IMG/VR virus record: IMGVR_UViG_3300036520_000011
Coordinates: 1-47,637 of that record
Reading direction: 5' to 3' (one strand)
DNA: 47,637 nucleotides
DNA from: a virus
Taxonomy: Duplodnaviria > Caudoviricetes
Part shown: piece after piece, positions 34,901 to 43,788 of the stretch
How positions within the stretch are numbered: position 1 is the stretch's first letter
How the letters are laid out: every line of letters begins with the position of its first letter
Notes under the pieces: model-generated
Database searches by the model: none
Told to the model about the DNA's origin: nothing
Seen by the model: only the letters and a program-made list of their open reading frames with translations
Translations under genes and position numbers: made by a program

Positions 34901-36285
34901 GCATCGGGGTGACGTTCGGCGCTTTCGGTGTCGCCTCGCTGCAGGCGCGCGAGCATCTGGTCGACCTGGTGGGCGGACTAGACGCCTTCACCGAGCAGGC
35001 GGCGTTCTTTGCCGAGAACTTCCTCACGGAAGCCGAGCGCGTGGCGCCGATCCAACGCGCGGTGACGACGGAGATGAACCGCCTCGGCTTGACCAGCGTG
35101 GACACCCGAGACGAGTTCAAGGCCGCCGTTCTGGGCCTCGACCTGACCACGGCCGCCGGGCGGGAGATGTACGCCGCGCTCATGGCTCTGGCGCCGGCCT
35201 TCGCCAAGTTGATCGACTACATCGGCGAGACGACTGCCGCATTCGACTGGACGGACGCCGACGCGCGGGCAGCCGAAGCTGTCGACGAGGCGCGCGCGAC
35301 CCTCCTGCAAGCCTACGAGCGGGAAGCCGGTGTGCTTCGGCAGACGAAGGACCGCTTCGACGGCTTCGCCAAGTCGCTGGCCAGCTTCCGCCAGCAGCTC
35401 TCGTCCAGCGAAGACGCCATGCTGTCGCCAACCGACCGCTACCTGACGGCGCAACGCGAGTTCCAGCGCATCGCCAGCCAGGCGCGACTTGGTGACCCGC
35501 AAGCGCTCGCCGAGCTGCAGGGCGTCAGCGAGGAGTACCTGGCCGCGTCGCGCGACTACAACGCGACCAGCCTCGCCTACCTGTCCGACCTGGCGCTGGT
35601 GAAGGCCGCGGTGCAGGCGGCTGAGGACACGGCCGTTCGCCAAGCGGACATTGCCGACCAGCAGCTCGAGGAGATGAAGAAGCAGGTCGGCCTGCTCGTC
35701 GACATCGGCGACAAGTTCGTGGAGCTCGCCGACGCGATGAACGGCGTCAGCGCTGCGCTGTCCCGCCAGGCCGCCATCGCCTCGGCGCAACAGCAGGCTG
35801 CCTCAGGCCGGAGCTTTGGCAACAACAGCGAGGTCAATGCGCTTCTCGCCGCCGCCACCGGCTACGCCGGAGACTTCGGTCAGGGCGGCTTCCAGAACTG
35901 GATCGTGGAGCAGACGAACGCGGTCAAAGAGGTCGCCGCGGCGGTGCTGCGAGAAAACGGGCAGGCAGGCCGGATCGTGGGCTTCGCTGAAGGCGGCGTC
36001 TTCACCAACGGCGTCGTCAGCCAGCCGACCCTCTTCAACACCGCTCAGATGGGTGAAGCGGGCCCCGAGGCCATCATGCCGCTGGTGCGGACGAACGACG
36101 GCCTGGCTGTCCGGTCCGTTCGCGACGACGAGAACACCAACGAGATCCGGCAGCTGCGCGCCGACTTGGCCCGCATGAACGAAGCCCTCGCTGACATCGC
36201 CAAGAGCAACCGCAGCATGGAGAGCGTGCTCCAGAACGTCACCCGCGGTGGCGAAGCCATGCAGACTGAGACGTTGGCGGCATGA
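31936..36285 (+). CDS. Tail tape measure protein
   Basis: About 1450 aa, Ala-rich helical; QF.D...Q...QG.QI N-terminal motif; FA.GG...GEAGPEAIMPL C-terminus. Confidence 0.92.
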   Translation: MTMQADARLVAEIDATSATSAKAALAEFAQEAMRAEGATDRLGDAQTILASEARAAASGLDDTTRSALDLERCITALRASYDPLQSSIDRVNRELHEADALYKAGAISAGEFARANTVLGARLNDLQDVHARGAKGARLQAHEVTNLGRQFADVGVQAAMGTNALMIAIMQGPQIADIFSTAAARGIGFRAVLGQIGAMAAPLVVPLAAVATVVGTVAAGFGLFHRELSKGYPDDITKGMGLTAEQLERVEHKTVTFGDTFTATFQEIGAMIMNGPVGDGLRWLGDLFSDTLDWITDAAFESTVKFVGFWVGSFETLKDNWRQFPQVFVAVMTSAFNGGLESIERFVNDGIGAINRLIGVVNKIPGVDLGQLEANVRLGRLATRGRIAQEQEANVAAAEERARAGLSAFGDRVGDRALGRARKRALEEAGDPNKTRARTGKSEEERELERLKSQYERVEDDLRTAQEKANQAYIEDRDILDRALAARLLTVEKHVDQMERLRIRWEGETLKKPRELEAVDADYVKDALGGVTDRTYEDELRRLQSVRGELELLNAAAMDAAAGMEQSFGRVGGAIGNLAGAITGFPAQQAAIAEAVHEEQLTQAQAERETAQLRLRTYGDMAGAAKGFFAEQTAAYKALQAVEMGYRAWQFAASIQAMAQNAAETTTSIAGSMAKGTASAAAGAAKIFEWLGPWGFPVVAGMVGLLASMGLRGAGGGGAAYTGPTAASRQQAQGVGSVLGDTSAKSESLERALGIAEGNWNKDLEYSSQMVRSLRAIEDSIGAVAAGVAREFGANGLLSSSGLNLGTSGRPATLGNLGFGNSTNRTLNDAGIQLDSGSLGELIASGVTGSAYQEVLVNTIKKAFGITYSNKTKVQTITSGLDGDLTGQLTDLLGSLRSGVLSAASILGVEGAEATLDALQVNLGKLSFEGLTGEEIEAEIAAIFGKVGDELALSAIPALQEVQDVGEGAFETLVRVARQYQVVNVTLDSIGVTFGAFGVASLQAREHLVDLVGGLDAFTEQAAFFAENFLTEAERVAPIQRAVTTEMNRLGLTSVDTRDEFKAAVLGLDLTTAAGREMYAALMALAPAFAKLIDYIGETTAAFDWTDADARAAEAVDEARATLLQAYEREAGVLRQTKDRFDGFAKSLASFRQQLSSSEDAMLSPTDRYLTAQREFQRIASQARLGDPQALAELQGVSEEYLAASRDYNATSLAYLSDLALVKAAVQAAEDTAVRQADIADQQLEEMKKQVGLLVDIGDKFVELADAMNGVSAALSRQAAIASAQQQAASGRSFGNNSEVNALLAAATGYAGDFGQGGFQNWIVEQTNAVKEVAAAVLRENGQAGRIVGFAEGGVFTNGVVSQPTLFNTAQMGEAGPEAIMPLVRTNDGLAVRSVRDDENTNEIRQLRADLARMNEALADIAKSNRSMESVLQNVTRGGEAMQTETLAA

Positions 36286-37199
36286 AGGTGACGTGCGGCA
36301 TCCATGTCGACGACGCCGTGCTGGTCAGCACAACGGCGCTCGAACCTGCGGCAGGTGAGACAGTCTACAACCCGGCTACGACCTACGCCGCAGGAGCGCT
36401 GGTCATCAGCAGCACCACGCATCGCACCTACCTGTCCCTGCAGGCGGCCAACACCGGCAAGCCCCTACCGGTCGCTCCCGCCACTCTGACCGACTGGTGG
36501 CGGGACGTCGGGCCGACGAACGCCTGGAAGATGTTTGATCTCGCTCGGAACACGGCGACTGTCGCGCCATCACCGCTGACCGTCGTCCTCGAGCCTGGTC
36601 AGCGCGTCGACACCATCGGCATGGCCGGCCTCCTCGCCGACGAGGTCACAGTGACGGTCGAGCGTGGCGGCCAGGAGGTTTACTCCGCATCGCGCACGCT
36701 GCGCCGGCGCCGCACCCTGGGCTGGCGCGACTACTTCTTCGGTCGCTTCGCCCAAGTGAAGGCGGCCGGCTTCTTCGACCTGCCGCCTTTCAGCGATGCC
36801 ACCGTCACGGTGGCGTTCACCCGCTCGTCCGGCGACGTCCACGTGGGGAGCCTGTTGCTCGGCACCGCCACCTACCTGGGCGTCACGGTCCACAACGCAG
36901 AGTCTGGGGCCCTGAACTTCTCCAAAGTGGATCGGAACGCTCAGGGGGAAGCCACCCTCCAGGCGCGCCGATCGGTCCCGAAAACCACGCAGCAGGTCGT
37001 CTGCAAGAAGTCGCGCGTGCCCAAGGTCCTTCAGGTCCGTGATGAGCTCAACGCGGTGCCTGCCCTCTGGTCTGGCATCGACGATGCGGAGTCTGGCTAC
37101 TTCGAGGCCCTCCTGATCGTCGGCATCTACAAGCGCTTCGACGTGAACCTCGCCCGACCAGACGAAGCCGTCATCACCCTCGAGCTGGAGGACATCTAG
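36282..37199 (+). CDS. Tail tip / distal tail protein
   Basis: ATGA-coupled to the tape measure gene; W.DVGPTN.W.MFD motif. Confidence 0.7.
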   Translation: MKVTCGIHVDDAVLVSTTALEPAAGETVYNPATTYAAGALVISSTTHRTYLSLQAANTGKPLPVAPATLTDWWRDVGPTNAWKMFDLARNTATVAPSPLTVVLEPGQRVDTIGMAGLLADEVTVTVERGGQEVYSASRTLRRRRTLGWRDYFFGRFAQVKAAGFFDLPPFSDATVTVAFTRSSGDVHVGSLLLGTATYLGVTVHNAESGALNFSKVDRNAQGEATLQARRSVPKTTQQVVCKKSRVPKVLQVRDELNAVPALWSGIDDAESGYFEALLIVGIYKRFDVNLARPDEAVITLELEDI

Positions 37200-38581
37200 T
37201 GCCGACCCAACCTTCAGCGCCGCCGTCGATCCGCAACATCCCCACGCCGCCCACGACAGAAGATCCGGAGAACTTCGACGCTCGCGGCGATGACTTCCTG
37301 GGCGAAATGCCGGGCGTCGCCTCGGACATGGAAGCGCTCGCCAGCAACGTGCATGGCAACGCCCACGCGTCATATTTGAACGCGGGCGAAAGCGTTGCGG
37401 CCGCCGAGGCTGCGAACCAGTCAGCAGGCGCCGCGGCGACATCAGCAACGAACGCGGGCAATGCAGCCGCGCAGGCCGCTAGCAGCGCAGCCGGATCGCT
37501 TGGCCTGACAGGGACGTCTTCAACCAGCAACACGATCGGCGCGGGCTCGAAAAGCTTCACCAGCCAACAGGGAAAGACCTGGGCCGGCACCCAGACGGTG
37601 AAGATCGCAAGGACCGCAGACGCCACGATCTGGATGATCGGAACGGTGAGCTCCTACAACCCCTCAACGGGTGCGCTGGTGGTCAGCGTCGCTTCGGGAG
37701 ATGTCAGCGGCGCCGGCACGTTCTCTGATTGGACGATCACCCCGGCCGGCCCACGGGGTCCGACTGGTGCTGGTTTCACCGGCGGCAACTTGAGCACGGC
37801 GATCAACAACGCCGCGCCGGCGACGGTCGCTTCGGCGGCGACGATCGACCTTGCCGGAGCTGACCGGGATACCGTCGTGGTCACCGGCACGACCGCGATC
37901 ACAGCGATCACTGCTGCCGCTGCTGGTGTCCGCCGGCGCGTCCGGTTCGCAGGCGCCCTGACGCTGACGCAAGGTGCGAACCTGCAGTTGCCGGGTGGGG
38001 CGAACATCGTGACCGCGGCGAACGATGTGGCGGAGTTCGAGAGCGAAGGCACGGGCCTCTGGCGGTGTGTGGACTACACGCGGGCAGTTATCGGGCCCAA
38101 CCAGTCAGTCGCGCCGGACGTAATCGTGGAGGACCAGAAGGCAAGCGGCACGTCAGGCGGCTCGGCTACCGGCGGCCCCTGGGCCACTCGCGCGCTAAAC
38201 ACTGTCGTTCGGAACACCGGCTCCGTTGGGTCGCTCGCAGGCAACCGCCTGACTCTACCGGCAGGAACCTGGCTGTTTGAAGCGCGGGCGGTGTTTTCAG
38301 CTGGGCCAAACTCCGTAGCCCGCGCTTGCCGCATGCGAATATACAATGCCACGGACGGCGTATCTGTCGGGCATGGCCTCAACTTCCGCACGCCGGTGAA
38401 TAACACCGAAAGTGTGGAGGCCACGGTGGACAGCGCGATTGCTACAATCGCATCGTCCAAATCTTTCGAGCTTCAATACTACGCCGCCACATGGAACGCC
38501 GACGACGTGTCACTCGGGACCGCGGTCTCAACGGGTGACGCCGAGATCTACGCCCGCCTTGAGGCGCGGAGGATCGCCTGA
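37199..38581 (+). CDS. Tail fibre / receptor-binding protein
   Basis: Ala-rich N-terminal helix, GPRGPTG linker and beta-rich modules; the distal part has different codon usage. Confidence 0.75.
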   Translation: MPTQPSAPPSIRNIPTPPTTEDPENFDARGDDFLGEMPGVASDMEALASNVHGNAHASYLNAGESVAAAEAANQSAGAAATSATNAGNAAAQAASSAAGSLGLTGTSSTSNTIGAGSKSFTSQQGKTWAGTQTVKIARTADATIWMIGTVSSYNPSTGALVVSVASGDVSGAGTFSDWTITPAGPRGPTGAGFTGGNLSTAINNAAPATVASAATIDLAGADRDTVVVTGTTAITAITAAAAGVRRRVRFAGALTLTQGANLQLPGGANIVTAANDVAEFESEGTGLWRCVDYTRAVIGPNQSVAPDVIVEDQKASGTSGGSATGGPWATRALNTVVRNTGSVGSLAGNRLTLPAGTWLFEARAVFSAGPNSVARACRMRIYNATDGVSVGHGLNFRTPVNNTESVEATVDSAIATIASSKSFELQYYAATWNADDVSLGTAVSTGDAEIYARLEARRIA

Positions 38582-38754
38582 TGGACCACGCGCTTGTCAG
38601 AAACGGTTGGGTTGTCGCTGTCGCTCGCTCCGGCGTTGACCCGGAATGCCTAACCCCGGATCAGCATGACAACGTCGTAGCGTTTCCGCCTAACACGGCT
38701 TTTGCCGGCATGTTGTGGAACGGTGAGAGCCTTACTTCACCGCCCGAAGCTTGA
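38581..38754 (+). CDS. Small tail-fibre-associated protein (57 aa)
   Basis: Hand-translated MDHALVRNGWVVAV...GMLWNGESLTSPPEA; TGATG-coupled. Confidence 0.6.
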   Translation: MDHALVRNGWVVAVARSGVDPECLTPDQHDNVVAFPPNTAFAGMLWNGESLTSPPEA

Positions 38755-39310
38755 CGTGAAGCTCGCGAATTACCCCCCAGTGCATAAGTCCGGCTTCGCG
38801 CAGCTGTTCGCGGGTGATCTCGCCGCGCCTCTGCTTCCCGAGCCACGCGGGGTCATAAACGAACTGACCATCTACCATCTCGAAGTCGACCCCAATCATG
38901 TACGCGATCGGGCTGTTGCTTGATCCGGAAGCGCGGTCTGCGTCGTTCTTCGCCTTCGATAACAACTCGAATGAGCCGTGCGTGAACGCCCGCACGTGCG
39001 TCGGATCGGTGTACTGCGTCGGGTGCTGCCAATGGGGCACTTGGATCTCGATTAGCCCGCCTGGCGCCGTAATCCGATGAAGCTCGCGCAGGATCGCAGC
39101 GTAAGCCTGAAAGTCGCGGCCCAAGTGCTCTAGGACATGCTTGAGCAGAATCTGGTCGAACCCGTCTGTCGGCAGATCCCAAGGGGTCTGCTCAAGGTCC
39201 ATCACCTTGTCGGGCTCGCAGCCCGGCCATCCGTCCACGTTCAGCCAGCCATCGCGCTTGTCGAAGCCGCATCCCAGATTCAGCCGGCGGGGAAGCGTCG
39301 CGTCAGTCAT
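38732..39310 (-). CDS. Class I SAM-dependent methyltransferase (moron)
   Basis: LNLGCG, NVD, HVLEH and DPTH motifs; -10-like GCTATGG shortly before the ATG (possibly leaderless). Confidence 0.85.
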   Translation of the reverse strand: MTDATLPRRLNLGCGFDKRDGWLNVDGWPGCEPDKVMDLEQTPWDLPTDGFDQILLKHVLEHLGRDFQAYAAILRELHRITAPGGLIEIQVPHWQHPTQYTDPTHVRAFTHGSFELLSKAKNDADRASGSSNSPIAYMIGVDFEMVDGQFVYDPAWLGKQRRGEITREQLREAGLMHWGVIRELHVKLRAVK

Positions 39311-39534
39311 GTGGCGTGCCATAGCACACGGCTCTCGCCCCTTCCTCCAGTTCGTCTGCGAACGGCGGGGCCGCAGCAGAGCCTATCGTTTGGCTGAGCA
39401 CGTCATCGCCTAGTCTGAGGAGGAAGCGGGGCGGTGCAATCGCGGCGGGTTATCTTAGATCACAACAATCCATGCTTGCGTCCGCGCATATTGTTTGAGA
39501 TGCAGGGGTGGGCTGTTCGATGAGCGGTGTTCGA

Positions 39535-39922
39535 TATGAGAACCATGCTGATCATCACGGCAGCCCTCGGGATCGTGAGCTGCGGTGCAGGTGAGGCCCG
39601 CCCGAAATCCTTCGCAGAGCGCGAGATCGCGAAGCTAGTTTCGCAACCGCATCGGGTTGAGGCGAGCAAGGTCCGGGTTAGCTCGGACAAGCGAACAATT
39701 TGCGGCGTGGCCATGATCAATGGACGCCGGGTTTCCCCCTTCTCGATCGAGCTCGATCGACCTTTCCCGACGCACACCGCCATTCGTGCAGACGTGCAGC
39801 CTTCGATCGACGAAGCGGGGGGAACGCTTGAGGCGCGCGACGCCGCTACCAAGGCCTTGAGCCGCATCATCGATCGCTGCATCGCGGCCGGCGCCAACCC
39901 GGCGGGGCCACCGAGAACCTAG
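39535..39922 (+). CDS. Lipoprotein
   Basis: MRTMLIITAALGIVS-C lipobox. Start approximate. Confidence 0.65.
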
Positions 39923-39969
39923 CGTCTGGGGCTGGAGGGGCATCCACTCAGACCGGTTAGGGACCGAGC

Positions 39970-41100
39970 ATGGTTGACCTTCCCCCGTACGGAAATTTTG
40001 GCGGCAACGGTGACAACGACGCCTGGGAACAATCCGACAGGTACTACACCTACCTCGCCCACGGCCTCGACCCGATGAATTACGCCGGCGGCCCACCCGG
40101 CTACGGCTCGTTATTTGATCCGCGCGAGTACGGTCTCGAGATGCGGTCTATGCTTGCGAGACATCCAGACAACGTCGGGATCGTGCTCCAGATCTTGGAT
40201 GAAATCGACCGCGACCCCATCAACGACGCCGACAACGCCTACCTCAACCACGATCTCTATTTCGCCTCAGACAACATCGTTCAAACGGTCGCCAATAACG
40301 TCGCTATGGGCGTCGGCGTCTGGGACGCGATTTGGACCGATCGTAGCCTGGACCCTCACGGATACGCCTATGGGGCAGGGTCGGCGCCGTTTATTGGGTA
40401 CCTCGGATCAGCGTACAACGTGGTCAATTGGTTGGGTAACAAGGCTCGGGAAAACCCCAACGTCTACGAAGTCGAAGAAGTCGTGATCCGCTTGGATCAA
40501 CCGCTACAGGACACGTACTGGCTGGAGGTGACATCGGTCACGCCAGAGCACTTTAGCTGGGACTTCGGCACGAGCTATCTGGCCACGGCCTGGGAGGGCT
40601 TCAAAGACGTCGTTGGCGACGCATTCAGTGGCATCATCTCGGCGTTTGGCGCCGCCGGTGGGTGGTTCAGAGAGCATGTGCTGAACAACCAAGCCAATCG
40701 AAGTGCTCCGCCGCCGGATCCGTACGTAAACATCGACCTGGGGGCGGTTTCCTTCACGACATTCGAGGTCGGCGATCAGATCGACACCTCGGCTCTGTCG
40801 CGCTTGGACGACGGTCGGGACGGGGTCATCGACGCATCGGACAAGGCGTTCGCGTTCCTGGCCACAGGCTCGGACCAAGACAACGATGGCGTTCTGACTG
40901 CCGAAGAGCTCGTGCCCCTCAACGAGCTGACTGTGATCGACTTGGAAGGGGAGCAGCAGGAGATCTTCTACGCCCGCTCGGTCCTCAGCGTCGTGAACTC
41001 CACTCAGCCGCCATCGACAATCACGGCTGCGGACATCGAAGACGATGCGGTGCAACCGGCACCCGCTAAGGACTGGCGTCTCGAAGCCGAACTCGTTTGA
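39970..41100 (+). CDS. Acidic protein with a phospholipase A2-like N-terminus and Ca-binding (DxDxDG-type) C-terminal motifs
   Basis: YGNFGG / NYAGGP and PINDADNAYLNHDLY; LDDGRDGVIDASD..F and DQDNDGVLTAEEL. Confidence 0.55.
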   Translation: MVDLPPYGNFGGNGDNDAWEQSDRYYTYLAHGLDPMNYAGGPPGYGSLFDPREYGLEMRSMLARHPDNVGIVLQILDEIDRDPINDADNAYLNHDLYFASDNIVQTVANNVAMGVGVWDAIWTDRSLDPHGYAYGAGSAPFIGYLGSAYNVVNWLGNKARENPNVYEVEEVVIRLDQPLQDTYWLEVTSVTPEHFSWDFGTSYLATAWEGFKDVVGDAFSGIISAFGAAGGWFREHVLNNQANRSAPPPDPYVNIDLGAVSFTTFEVGDQIDTSALSRLDDGRDGVIDASDKAFAFLATGSDQDNDGVLTAEELVPLNELTVIDLEGEQQEIFYARSVLSVVNSTQPPSTITAADIEDDAVQPAPAKDWRLEAELV

Positions 41101-41207
41101 TCCAAGGTAGCTGCTGACACGGTGGAGCCCCATGCGCGCAGCGCGTGGGGCTTCTGCTTCCGCCCTGCACGGCTGGTTCGTCCAGCTCCCCCAACCATAC
41201 GATTGCG

Positions 41208-41235
41208 CCCGCCCGGCTCCCGCGGCGGGTTTTTT
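41208..41235 (+). terminator. Intrinsic terminator, near-copy of 19737-19764
   Basis: CCCGCC...GGCGGG stem plus T6. A second hairpin GGAGCCCCATGCGC/GCGCGTGGGGCTTC lies at about 41124-41154. Confidence 0.75.
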
Positions 41236-41250
41236 GTGCCCGGAGCCGCC

Positions 41251-41586
41251 ATGCCTGAAACCGACTTCGAGATCCGGCGCGGGAACAACACCCCTGTGAC
41301 CTGGGAGTTCGTCGACGCGCAGGGCGCGGCGCAGGATCTCGCTGGCGCAACGTTCGTGCTCACAGTCGCCTGGCGCGGCGCGTTGATCGTCAAGGACAGC
41401 AGCGATCCAGGCCTCGAGGTGCGGGCTGAGACTGGCGAGGTGGTTTGGACGCCCAGCTTGTCCGAGAGCCGGATGATCCCGGTTGGGCGCGTCGCGCGGT
41501 ACGAGCTGGAATGGCGCTCCGGCGGCAAGCAACGCACCTGGGCTTCAGGCACGGTTACAGGCGTTGGAGGCCTGGGCGGTGACTGA
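41251..41586 (+). CDS. Small beta-sandwich virion protein (BppU N-terminal-like)
   Basis: I.RG......F.D..G...DL.G...YELE...T...G.V pattern; GGAG RBS. Confidence 0.6.
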   Translation: MPETDFEIRRGNNTPVTWEFVDAQGAAQDLAGATFVLTVAWRGALIVKDSSDPGLEVRAETGEVVWTPSLSESRMIPVGRVARYELEWRSGGKQRTWASGTVTGVGGLGGD

Positions 41587-43054
41587 ACCTCAGCGGTTGC
41601 GCGTCCTCGTGGACGCGGAACCCCGGCTCCTGGTCACAGTCGCTGCGCCAGCTCGGCGTCGCGTGCTCATACCGGTGGAGCCGCGGCTCCTCCTCGTGGT
41701 CTCAGCCGAGCCGGCCAGCCAAGTAGAACCGATCGCCATGTCGGGAACTGGGGCGGGCGGCGGCGCAGGCGCAGGCGACCTCAATGCACCGGCTCCAACG
41801 AGCGTTCAGGCGGAAGGCCGCGGCTCAGGCGCGGGCGCTGGCCAGAGCGCTCTCTCCGCCATCGCGCCGGAGCCAGTGACGTTGAGCGCCGGCAGCTCAG
41901 GGACGGGTGTCGGTCAAGGAGCGGCGACATCGGCGTCTCCTGGCGGCGATGCCCTGGCCGGCGTGGCGTCCGGTCAAGGCGAAGGGCAGGGCGCCCTCAG
42001 TGCTACGCCACCGCAGGCCACCGTTCTCGGCGCCGCTGGATCCGCGCAAGGTGGCGGCGCGGGGCAGCCGACCGTCACGCCTCCCGCAGCTCGGCCGCTT
42101 GGCGGCGCTGGAGCCGGACAAGGCGGCGGTGCTGGGCAGGCGACCGTGACGCCTCCTCCGACGCAGCCGCTTAGTGGCGTCGGTGCTGGTCAAGGGATCG
42201 CGAGCGGAGCTCCCACCTTCACGTCACCTCCGGCAGCGGCCGTCGCAGCCACTTCCGCCGGCCAAGGTGGATCAAGCGCGCAGCTGACCTTTGCTGCGGG
42301 GGGCTACGAGCCGGAGACGACGGCGCTGATCGCTCGGATGACGGTGCCGCCGAGCACAAACAACGCCGACGCGATCGACGGCCTCTTCAAGGCGCTAAAG
42401 GCGGCCAATGTTCTGGCCGACCTCGACTACCTGCAGGTCTATCAAGCCCACGATGCGCAGGCCGGATACCGGAACTGGCTCGCCAACGCGGTGAACGCGC
42501 AAGAAGCGTCAGGCACCGTGCCGTTCACCCAAGGTGTCGGGATGCTCACCACACCCGGCAACATCTTCACCTGGTTCAACGTGACGGCGTCGGGGAACAA
42601 GTTCACCCGTGACTCCGCACACTTTGGCATCGCGACCGCCGACGTCGACAACGCCTCAGATGTCGCCGCAGCGGGCTTCCGCATCGCGTCGCCGGCTTAT
42701 GGCGTCACGATTAATCCGCGGGCCAGCGACGGCAGCTTCCGGTTCCGCATCAACCAAGGTGCGGAGACGGTCCTTACCCCACCAGATCCGACTGCCGTTG
42801 GTGTCTTCGCCATCGACCGTTCGGGTCCGAGCGCTGGGAAGGCCTATCGGAACGGAGTCCTCATCGGCTCCACTAATCAGCCCTCGGCCGCTCTCCAGGG
42901 GATGGTGCTCCGGATGGGCAACGTGAGCGACGGCGTGCGCGGGCTGCTCTTCCGAGCGTCATTCGCCGGCAGGTCGATGTCGGACGCCAAGCACGCAGCG
43001 ATGGCGGCGGCCCTGAGCACCTACAGCAACAAGGTTTCGCCGTCCGCCGCCTGA
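41579..43054 (+). CDS. Fibre protein with eight ~24-aa Gly/Ala repeats and a C-terminal lectin (LamG)-like domain
   Basis: Repeats of the form L.G.G.GQG...G..T..PP; C-terminal YRNG..IG beta-sandwich. Confidence 0.65.
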   Translation: MTEPQRLRVLVDAEPRLLVTVAAPARRRVLIPVEPRLLLVVSAEPASQVEPIAMSGTGAGGGAGAGDLNAPAPTSVQAEGRGSGAGAGQSALSAIAPEPVTLSAGSSGTGVGQGAATSASPGGDALAGVASGQGEGQGALSATPPQATVLGAAGSAQGGGAGQPTVTPPAARPLGGAGAGQGGGAGQATVTPPPTQPLSGVGAGQGIASGAPTFTSPPAAAVAATSAGQGGSSAQLTFAAGGYEPETTALIARMTVPPSTNNADAIDGLFKALKAANVLADLDYLQVYQAHDAQAGYRNWLANAVNAQEASGTVPFTQGVGMLTTPGNIFTWFNVTASGNKFTRDSAHFGIATADVDNASDVAAAGFRIASPAYGVTINPRASDGSFRFRINQGAETVLTPPDPTAVGVFAIDRSGPSAGKAYRNGVLIGSTNQPSAALQGMVLRMGNVSDGVRGLLFRASFAGRSMSDAKHAAMAAALSTYSNKVSPSAA

Positions 43055-43131
43055 GGCGCCGCGATGGACCAAGTGGATCCCGGCCGCCCAGCGTGTCCGG
43101 CTCATCTGACAATGGAAGAAGGAGATCCGGC

Positions 43132-43548
43132 ATGGCCGGCAAGTCGAACTACGTCGAGAGCAAGCTGCTCGACTGGGAATTCCGCGGCGTGAACATGCCC
43201 ACAGCCCCAACTCCTTACTTGGGGCTCTTCCAAGGCGATCCGACCGACGCCGGCGGCGGCGGGACGGAAGTGACCACGAGCGTTCGCGCCGCTGGGCGTG
43301 TCGACGCCTCGGGCAAGTTCGGGACGGTCACCACGGCCGCGGGCGCAAACACTATCGCCAACAACGCGGCGATCGGGTTCGGAGCGGCGGCCTCGGCAGT
43401 GTCCGGTGTGACCCACGCCGCAACCTTCGACGCGGCATCCGGCGGCAATCTGCTGCGCGTGTATGCGCTGACCGGCGCTCCAGTGAACATTGCGCTGGGC
43501 GCCGACGTGAGCTTCCCCATAGGAGCGTTGGCCGCTTCAGAAGACTAA
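43132..43548 (+). CDS. Small fibre/filament subunit-like virion protein
   Basis: AAGGAG RBS; SNY.E..LLD...Y.GLF..DP.D.G..EV...FDA.SGGNLL...F..GAL...ED. Confidence 0.7.
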   Translation: MAGKSNYVESKLLDWEFRGVNMPTAPTPYLGLFQGDPTDAGGGGTEVTTSVRAAGRVDASGKFGTVTTAAGANTIANNAAIGFGAAASAVSGVTHAATFDAASGGNLLRVYALTGAPVNIALGADVSFPIGALAASED

Positions 43549-43550
43549 CT

Positions 43551-43728
43551 GACGCGCCTCAGCTACCGCGGGTGCCCGCTGAGCCCATCTGCGGTCGCCT
43601 GCGTGTCTGGCGAAGCTTTAGGCGGGCCGGCCGGGAGCGGTCACTACCCGGCCGACCCTGTCCCGCAGCCGTGCTCGGGCAGCAGCGGGTCACGCAAGTA
43701 CGGCGGACCGCATCGCTCGGATGCGTCT
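43551..43728. ncRNA. Candidate structured RNA upstream of the lysis cassette
   Basis: Nested complementary segments GACGC/GCGTC, CATC/GATG, TGCGGTC/GACCGCA and TGCGTG/CACGCA, plus hairpins CTCAGC/GCTGAG, GGCCGGG/CCCGGCC and GACCC/GGGTC. Confidence 0.4.
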
Positions 43729-43788
43729 CAATCCACCGTCCTGCCTCTGGGCGCACCAGCCTACCTGTACCTTCGGAGTACCGCGTCG

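Noticed and set aside
21626-36422. Many long antisense ORFs over head and tail genes
   Set aside because: Expected GC-rich shadow frames. Unlike the bridge ORFs, they lack RBSs and are not coupled to neighbouring genes.
38702-39413. A bridge ORF over the antisense methyltransferase
   Set aside because: Plus-strand frames are broken into short ORFs, and none spans the gene.
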